From NCBI RefSeq assembly GCF_000017945.1, contig NC_009776.1:420001-452000 (forward strand): DNA of 32,000 nucleotides, given 5' to 3'. This document shows positions 26,937-32,000 of this stretch, piece by piece (within the stretch, counting starts at the first letter, position 1; the number at the start of each line of letters is the position of its first letter). The stretch is from Ignicoccus hospitalis KIN4/I. GTDB taxonomy: Archaea; Thermoproteota; Thermoprotei_A; Sulfolobales; Ignicoccaceae. The notes beneath the pieces were generated by a model, which saw only the letters and a list, made by a program, of their open reading frames with translations, had not been told where the DNA came from and made no database searches. The position numbers were made by a program, and so were the translations under genes.

Positions 26937-27364
26937 AGAGGCTCTTGGGCTACGTCTCCTCGACCGCTTGCGAGGACTCATTGAAGTTGCACATAATATT
27001 TGAAGGCCCGCTGAAGGAGAAGCTCGCGAAGAAGGGCGTCGAAGTAGTGGACGCCTCAATAGACGCCATGGCCTTCGCGGACGTGCTCAGGAGCAAGGAA
27101 CCAGAAGAGGTCTTGCTCGTAGGAGTTAAGAAGAGGGGGAGGGCGCCGGGATTTTACTTGTGGAGGCCGGAGGAGCTGAAGGTCGAGGACACTTACGCCC
27201 TCTCCAAGCTCGCCCAAGCCACCCTGACGGGCTGGCTCGACGTGGACGCGCTGATAGACGGCCTCCGGGTGTTCGCCCCCGAGTACGTAAGTAGGATAAG
27301 GGTGCTCGAGTGCGAGCCCCCTTGCGGGGACTGGGAGAGGGCTTTGGAGGAGGTGTTGGAATGA
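26933..27364 (+). CDS. Uncharacterised protein, possibly a degenerate hydrogenase-maturation-peptidase (M52)-like paralog
   Basis: 143 aa; LRSKEPEEVLLVGVKKRGRAPGFYLWRPEELKVEDT...DALIDGLRVFAPEYVSRIRVLECEPP fits the M52 central/C-terminal pattern but lacks the GxGN, Asp and His motifs; start overlaps the preceding stop. Confidence 0.6.
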   Translation: MKRLLGYVSSTACEDSLKLHIIFEGPLKEKLAKKGVEVVDASIDAMAFADVLRSKEPEEVLLVGVKKRGRAPGFYLWRPEELKVEDTYALSKLAQATLTGWLDVDALIDGLRVFAPEYVSRIRVLECEPPCGDWERALEEVLE

Positions 27365-27903
27365 GGCGCGCGCTGGTCCTAGGGCTGGGGAACCGGAACC
27401 TCGGGGACGACGCCGTGGGCAGCTGCCTAGCCGAAGCCTTGGCGGCGAGGGCCCCGGAGGGGGTGGAAGTGAAGGACGGGGACGACATGGGCTTGGGCCT
27501 CTTGGGCTTCCTCGAGGGCTACGATTTGGTAATATTCGTGGACGCATCTCCGGACGTAGAGGACGTGGAGGCCTTCCTCATAGAGGCGGAAAAGGCGGAG
27601 TTGGAGGAAGCGAGGGAGATGGTCCAAGACAGCCACAAGGCCGGGCCCGTTGCGCTGGCGGTCCTAGCTAAGAAGTCCGGCCTATTTCAAGGGAAGGCTT
27701 ACTTCGTCGCCTTCAAGCCCGAGAGCTTGTGCTTTATGTGTAAGCCCTCCGAGGCCAGCTTGGAGAGGGCCCTGAAGGCGGCCGAACTCGTTAACAAACT
27801 GTTACAGAAGGAAGGCTTCCCCCAGTTCGACTTGGAGGGGCTTCGGCTCGACCTAATTAGGACGTGTGAGAAGTCCTCTGTCGAGGCGTCTTGGGCCGTT
27901 TGA
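27361..27903 (+). CDS. Hydrogenase maturation peptidase, M52 family (HycI/HyaD/FrcD-like)
   Basis: MRRALVLGLGNRNLGDDAVGSCLAEAL, GYDLVIFVDASPD, DSHKAGPVALAVL: glycine-rich N-term, two metal-ligand Asp positions and His. ATGA overlap with preceding ORF. Confidence 0.88.
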   Translation: MRRALVLGLGNRNLGDDAVGSCLAEALAARAPEGVEVKDGDDMGLGLLGFLEGYDLVIFVDASPDVEDVEAFLIEAEKAELEEAREMVQDSHKAGPVALAVLAKKSGLFQGKAYFVAFKPESLCFMCKPSEASLERALKAAELVNKLLQKEGFPQFDLEGLRLDLIRTCEKSSVEASWAV

Positions 27904-28148
27904 CGAAGGTCGTTTTGGACGCGGTGAAACCGATAAAGGGACCCAGTATAGTGGACGTCTCCAAAGAATTAGCCGACGCCGGGGGAGTGGGGAAGGTCAT
28001 CATAAGGGTGGACGAGGTGGACGTGGGAAGCATAACTATGACCATAACTATAGAGGGTAACGACATAGACTTCGACAAGGTAGTAGACGTCCTCGAGAGG
28101 TTAGGGGTGGTGATCCACTCGATAGACGAGGCCGAGGCCGAGCCATGA
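27900..28148 (+). CDS. DUF211-family protein
   Basis: TTG start; TKVVLDAVKPIKGPSIVDVSKELADAGGVGKVIIRVDEVDVGSITMTITIEGNDIDFDKVVDVLERLGVVIHSIDEAEAE. Confidence 0.88.
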   Translation: MTKVVLDAVKPIKGPSIVDVSKELADAGGVGKVIIRVDEVDVGSITMTITIEGNDIDFDKVVDVLERLGVVIHSIDEAEAEP

Positions 28149-29059
28149 GGTGTGCAGTCTGCGGAAAGAGGGTCGTGGCCAAGGACTACTCCGGGAGGCC
28201 GCTCTGCGAGGAACACTTCTTACAGAGCGTGGTGGAGAGGGCAGAGAAGGAGCTGGAGGGGGTAAACTCTAAGATTTTGCTCGCGGTCTCCGGCGGGAAG
28301 GACTCGTTAGTACTCATGGACGTGGTCGCCCAGCTGCGGGACCCGAAGGACTTGGTGGCGGCCACCGTGGTGGAAGGGGCCCCAGGAGGGTACAGAGTTA
28401 AGGAAGCTCAAGTCGCCAAAAGGTTCGCAGAAAAGCTCGGAATAAAACACATTACAATTACGTTTAAGGAGCTGTTCGGGAAGAGCTTAGAGGAGATGGT
28501 TGCCAAAGGGAAGCTCAGTCCTTGCACTTACTGCGGCGTCTTCCGCAGGAGGGCGCTGGAGGTCCTCGCTAGGAGGTTGGGCGCCGTGGTGGCGACCGGC
28601 CACACCTTGGACGACGAGGCCCACACGGCCCTCTTGAATTTGTTGAGGGGCTCTTGGGACGACCTCTTGAGGCTGAACGCCAAGAGCAGGATAAAACCGC
28701 TAAGAAAGGTCTACGAGAGGGAGGTGTCTATATACGCGTACATAAAGAAGTTCCCCTTCCAGAGCGAGGAGTGTCCGTACATAGTTAGGAGGCCCTCCCT
28801 GAGGGGGAGGCTGAGGGAGGAGCTCTTCGAGTACGAGAGGGAGAGGCCGGGGACGCTCTTCAAGTGGAGGGAGAGGTTCGAGGGGCTCGGGGAGCCGAAG
28901 AGGCGCTTCAAGCTCTGCGAGCGCTGCGGCTTCCCGACCTCCCCGAACCGGAGGGTCTGCAAGGTCTGCGAGCTGGCAGAGGAGGTGGGGGCCTCAGTGC
29001 CCAGACTCGAGGAGCATCTCCAAGTAGGTCTTCTCGACGACCTCGGCGTCCGGGAATAG
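28145..29059 (+). CDS. tRNA 2-thiolation / adenine nucleotide alpha-hydrolase family protein (TtuA/NcsA/Ncs6-like)
   Basis: 304 aa; N- and C-terminal zinc Cys pairs (CAVCGK; CERCGFPTSPNRRVCKVC), PP-loop ILLAVSGGKDSLVLMDV, SPCTYCGVFRRRAL, TGHTLDDEAHTALLNLLRG. Confidence 0.93.
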   Translation: MRCAVCGKRVVAKDYSGRPLCEEHFLQSVVERAEKELEGVNSKILLAVSGGKDSLVLMDVVAQLRDPKDLVAATVVEGAPGGYRVKEAQVAKRFAEKLGIKHITITFKELFGKSLEEMVAKGKLSPCTYCGVFRRRALEVLARRLGAVVATGHTLDDEAHTALLNLLRGSWDDLLRLNAKSRIKPLRKVYEREVSIYAYIKKFPFQSEECPYIVRRPSLRGRLREELFEYERERPGTLFKWRERFEGLGEPKRRFKLCERCGFPTSPNRRVCKVCELAEEVGASVPRLEEHLQVGLLDDLGVRE

Positions 29060-29515
29060 GGACGCAAGCTCCTTGAGCTCCTCCGGCCCGGCCCCCTCCG
29101 ACTCTATCTCTACGAAGTAGCCGAGGCCCTCCACGTAGTCCAGAGTTATTGTGGCGCCCTTCGCCTTCCAGTACTCCCTCTTTTTCCTGACCACTGCGAC
29201 GGGCTTCAAGCAGAGCTTTTCTAAGAAGGCCTTTAGTTTCTCGCAGCTGCCCACTTCGGTCTCTATCTCCTCCCTCCCCTTAACGCCCTCGACGACCTTC
29301 TTGGGGCCCTTGTAGGTCAAGAAGCAACGGTCGCCCCTCCTCCTAAGCCTGACCGCCTCGTCCGTCTCGGCGAAGTTCCTACAACACCCCCCAACGCAGT
29401 CGAAGTTGAAGTAGACGTCCTCCTCTTCCGCCTCGCCCGCGAACTGGGCGAGGCCCTTGATCACCTCTCTGGCCCTTTCGGGGTCCCTAACGCGGAGCTT
29501 GACCTCGAGCTCCAA
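28994..29515 (-). CDS. CYTH-domain protein (CyaB/class IV adenylate cyclase-like, possibly thiamine/inorganic triphosphatase)
   Basis: 173 aa; MELEVKLRV (ExExK), AVRLRRRGDRCFLTYKGPK, EEIETEV, VRKKREYWK, ITLDYVEGLGYFVEIE. Confidence 0.9.
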   Translation of the reverse strand: MELEVKLRVRDPERAREVIKGLAQFAGEAEEEDVYFNFDCVGGCCRNFAETDEAVRLRRRGDRCFLTYKGPKKVVEGVKGREEIETEVGSCEKLKAFLEKLCLKPVAVVRKKREYWKAKGATITLDYVEGLGYFVEIESEGAGPEELKELASLFPDAEVVEKTYLEMLLESGH

Positions 29516-29539
29516 GCCTACCGCCGCCCCACCTTCATC

Positions 29540-29551
29540 CTTTATAATTTA
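29540..29551. promoter_or_regulatory. AT-rich near-palindromic TATA element possibly serving both divergent genes (CYTH on -, zinc ribbon on +)
   Basis: ctttataattta; about 25-30 nt from the minus-strand start 29515 and about 35-40 nt from GTG 29583. Confidence 0.45.
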
Positions 29552-29582
29552 GCCCTTTGCGCGCGGAGGGGGTGAGAGAGGA

Positions 29583-29777
29583 GTGGCCTCTGAGAGCTCT
29601 GTGGCCAGGCCGCCCGTGTGTAGCAGCTGCGGGAGGTTGGTGGTCCCCCTCGAGAAGGAAGTAGGGGTCCACTTCCGGTGCCCCAACTGCGGGGAAGTGA
29701 TCATCTGGCGCTGTCCCAAGTGTAGGAAGCAGAGCAAACCCTATAGGTGCCCCCGCTGCGGCTTCGAAGGACCTTAA
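29583..29777 (+). CDS. Archaeal zinc-ribbon protein (HVO_2753-type)
   Basis: 64 aa; CSSCGRL...[34 protein letters not shown]; located immediately upstream of aEF-1beta. Confidence 0.88.
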   Translation: MASESSVARPPVCSSCGRLVVPLEKEVGVHFRCPNCGEVIIWRCPKCRKQSKPYRCPRCGFEGP

Positions 29778-29789
29778 GAGGTGGTCGCG

Positions 29790-30065
29790 ATGGTGAAAGT
29801 ATTAGTCGTAGCTAAGGTCTACCCGGACAGCGTGGAGAGGAACTTGGAAGAGATGGTAGAAAACATAAAGAAGAGCTTGCCGGAGGGGTACGAGCTCCTC
29901 CAGTACCAGAAGGTCCCGGTGGCCTTCGGCCTCAACTTGTTGAAGGTATACGTAGCCATGCCCGAGGAGACCGAAGGCGGCACGGAGAAGCTCGAAGAGG
30001 TGTTGAAGGGGGTCGAAGGGGTCAGTGAGGTAGAAATAGAAACGGTCCACAGGATGAGCTACTAG
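29790..30065 (+). CDS. Translation elongation factor aEF-1beta
   Basis: MVKVLVVAKVYPDSVERNLEEMVENIKKSLPEGYELLQYQKVPVAFGLNLLKVYVAMPEETEGGTEKLEEVLKGVEGVSEVEIETVHRM; ATG 29790 preferred over GTG 29781. Confidence 0.93.
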   Translation: MVKVLVVAKVYPDSVERNLEEMVENIKKSLPEGYELLQYQKVPVAFGLNLLKVYVAMPEETEGGTEKLEEVLKGVEGVSEVEIETVHRMSY

Positions 30066-30139
30066 CGCTTTTTGGTATAACCGACGCGAGTACTCCCCTA
30101 TATTAGGTATGAGGGCGACTGACCCTTAGGGGCCGCCCG

Positions 30140-30763
30140 ATGAGCTTAGCCCTAGCGCGCGTAAGGGAGTTCTTGGAAGAGTACGGGGAGAGGGCGGCCC
30201 TCGTGCTCAAGGCTGCCCTCCAAGTTACTGACAAGTACAGGGCGGAGGGCAAGAACGCGCTGGGGGACTTCGACTACAAGGGGCTTACCCAAACTCTGAA
30301 ACTGATGGGGGTGGAGTACAAGCCCTCCTTGCTCCTATCGAAGTTAGAGAAAGAGTACGGAATAATTGAGACCACCTACAAGTCGGGAAACCAGCACTGG
30401 TGGAGGTTCGTAGAGGAGGACGCCGTAAGGGAGGCCTTGGAAGAGGAGGACGAAGTAGAGGACCCCAAGTTGGTGATGCTGAAGGTCCAAGCGGCCGCGT
30501 TGGGGCTGGAAGAAATTAAGGGGAAGCTCAAGCTCCTCCTCTCCAAGAAGAGGCTGAGCGCCTCGGACAAGAAGTGGTTCCGGAACTTCGCGTTCGAAAC
30601 GCTACCCTTGGTAGCGAAGCTCGCGCAGGAGGTAGTGGAGGAGGGCTACGAGGACCCCGAACTCTTGGAGGCTTTGAGGGTTCTGAAGCTCTCCCTCAAG
30701 GTGGCGTCCAAGCTCAAATCTAAGGTCCCGCTCGACTTGCCCTCCTTGGAGGTGGAGGAGTGA
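30140..30763 (+). CDS. Uncharacterised archaeal protein, mostly alpha-helical
   Basis: 207-aa ORF ending in an ATGA-type overlap with the UPF0282 gene; KGLTQTLKLMGVEYKPSLLLSKLEKEYGIIETTYKSGNQHWWRF looks winged-helix-like. Confidence 0.7.
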   Translation: MSLALARVREFLEEYGERAALVLKAALQVTDKYRAEGKNALGDFDYKGLTQTLKLMGVEYKPSLLLSKLEKEYGIIETTYKSGNQHWWRFVEEDAVREALEEEDEVEDPKLVMLKVQAAALGLEEIKGKLKLLLSKKRLSASDKKWFRNFAFETLPLVAKLAQEVVEEGYEDPELLEALRVLKLSLKVASKLKSKVPLDLPSLEVEE

Positions 30764-31611
30764 GCTGGGAGCCCCTAGCTTCGGAGACCTTGGGAGTTAG
30801 GAGCATGGCCCTCGCGGTGGGAAGGGTAGTCATAGACCCCTCCGCCTCCCTGGCCCCCAAGCGGTTCGGCTTGCCCCCTCACCCCTTGGAGTGGGGGGCG
30901 CTGAAGGAGGCGGCCGAGAGGATAGTGAGGGCCGTGGAGAGGAGCGAGGCCGTCGTCATAACCCACTACCACCGCGACCACTACAACCCCGGCTGGCTCT
31001 ACGACTATTCCGTTTACGACGGAAAGACCCTATTCATTAAGGATCCCAAGAACAACATCAACGTCAGCCAGAAGATAAGGGCGCACAAGTTCTTGAAGGC
31101 TCTGGAGAAGATGAAGGTGAACGTTCGGGTCGTGGTGGCCGACGGGAGGGAGTTCGAGGAGTTCGACCTCTCCTTCTCCCCTCCATTAGTGCACGGAGAA
31201 CCGAAGTTGGGTTATGTAATAGCCGTCAAAGTCGGGAAGGTCTTGTTTACCTCGGACATAGAGGGAGGGGACGAGGCCGCTAGGGAGTGGGCCAAGTCCC
31301 AAGGGGCCGAAGTGTTGATCGCCGACGGCCCTCCGCTGTACTTAAAGAAGGAGTTCGACGTGGAGGGCTTCAAGGAGTTCTTGCGCTCCTTCCCCTTCGC
31401 GGTGGTGGACCACCACCCGGCCCGGGTGGCCTCTTGGAGGGAGGCCTTGGGGCCCGTGAGGGCCTACTCGGACGTCTTGGGGGTCGAGGAGAGGCTCTTG
31501 GAGGCCAAGAGGAGGGAGCTGTACGAGCTCCACCCGGTGGAGGAGGGGTGGTTTAAGTTTCGCTTCCGAGACATGAGGTCTATCTATTTTACAGAAAACC
31601 CTATTAATTAG
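30760..31611 (+). CDS. MBL-fold metallohydrolase, UPF0282 family
   Basis: 283 aa; SLGVRSMA-like start, DPSASLAPKRFGLPPHPLEW, THYHRDHYNP, LFTSDIEG, VVDHHPAR. Confidence 0.9.
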   Translation: MSWEPLASETLGVRSMALAVGRVVIDPSASLAPKRFGLPPHPLEWGALKEAAERIVRAVERSEAVVITHYHRDHYNPGWLYDYSVYDGKTLFIKDPKNNINVSQKIRAHKFLKALEKMKVNVRVVVADGREFEEFDLSFSPPLVHGEPKLGYVIAVKVGKVLFTSDIEGGDEAAREWAKSQGAEVLIADGPPLYLKKEFDVEGFKEFLRSFPFAVVDHHPARVASWREALGPVRAYSDVLGVEERLLEAKRRELYELHPVEEGWFKFRFRDMRSIYFTENPIN

Positions 31612-31640
31612 GTCACGGGGCTTCAGACGGCGATCAATCA

Positions 31641-32000
31641 GTGCCCGCCGCCGCCAGAGTGCCCCTCTTCGTTGACGATTTGGTGATGGTAGGGGTAAAC
31701 TACAAGACGTCCGGGAAGGAGCTGGTCGAGAAGGCCCAGTTCCCCGACCCTCTGGCGGCCTACTCGGCGATCAGCAGGATACCGGCAGTGAGGGAAGTGG
31801 TCCTACTCCAGACTTGCAATAGGGTAGAAGTTTACGCAATAACGACTAACAAAAAGGCCACTGTAGAGTCCATCAAGAGCTTGTTGGAAGCTAGGGCGGG
31901 GGAGCCCATACCGGAGGAAAAGTTCGTCATTTACTACGGCACGGACGCCGTGAGGCACTTGTTCCGCGTGGCAGCTGGTTTGGAATCCATGGTGCTCGGA
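31641..32000 (+). CDS. hemA: Glutamyl-tRNA reductase, 5' part (continues beyond window); start GTG 31641 or 31659
   Basis: VPLFVDDLVMVGVNYKTSGKELVEKAQFPD...REVVLLQTCNRVEVYAITT...EEKFVIYYGTDAVRHLFRVAAGLESMVLG. Confidence 0.93.
   Translation, partial: MPAAARVPLFVDDLVMVGVNYKTSGKELVEKAQFPDPLAAYSAISRIPAVREVVLLQTCNRVEVYAITTNKKATVESIKSLLEARAGEPIPEEKFVIYYGTDAVRHLFRVAAGLESMVLG

Noticed and set aside
27310-27360. Extended start of the M52 peptidase ORF at 27310
   Set aside because: Extension MRAPLRGLGEGFGGGVG is out-of-frame reading of the upstream gene; ATG at 27361 directly precedes RRALVLGLGN.
27056-27547. 163-aa and 120-aa minus-strand ORFs
   Set aside because: Pro/Arg/Ser-rich antisense of the M52-like genes.
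1-32000. CRISPR arrays, transposases, integrases, phage genes, toxin-antitoxin pairs
   Set aside because: No regularly spaced repeats, no IS/phage proteins and no recognisable TA families seen in the sequence or ORF track.

Overview
GC-rich, very compact archaeal chromosome segment. It is crenarchaeal in character: TATA/BRE-type promoters, many GTG/TTG starts, archaeosine TGT, aEF-1beta, MBF1, DUF211 and UPF0282 families. A Desulfurococcales/Ignicoccus-like source is my inference only. I support about 38 protein-coding genes. They include a PaaK-type acyl-CoA ligase, HMG-CoA reductase, TgtA, an FtsX/MacB-type permease with a 951-aa surface protein, a PD-(D/E)XK nuclease-like protein, a Met8-type precorrin-2 dehydrogenase, KptA plus a compact Thg1, MBF1, two divergent radical-SAM enzymes, HypE, a COG3044-type ABC-class ATPase, an Lrp/AsnC regulator, PyrE, and an MTHFR with a fused Cys-rich domain. 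Further along are a CBS protein, a DUF1028-like protein, a hydrogenase maturation peptidase preceded by an apparently degenerate paralog, DUF211, a TtuA/Ncs6-type tRNA thiolase, a CYTH protein, aEF-1beta, a UPF0282 MBL-fold protein and the 5' part of hemA. I saw no rRNA, tRNA, CRISPR array or transposon. The best second-look items are: (1) the KptA-Thg1 RNA-end-processing pair with an in-frame upstream mini-ORF and a probable CTG start; (2) a small-ORF cluster (26.4-27.9 kb) in which a catalytically degenerate M52-like protein overlaps an intact M52 peptidase; (3) a likely -1 frameshift in a secreted metallopeptidase-like gene at about 495; (4) systematic tail-to-tail overlaps of convergent genes; (5) an orphan permease/giant surface-protein operon; and (6) uncharacterised families such as the HTH/zinc-finger protein at 25293.
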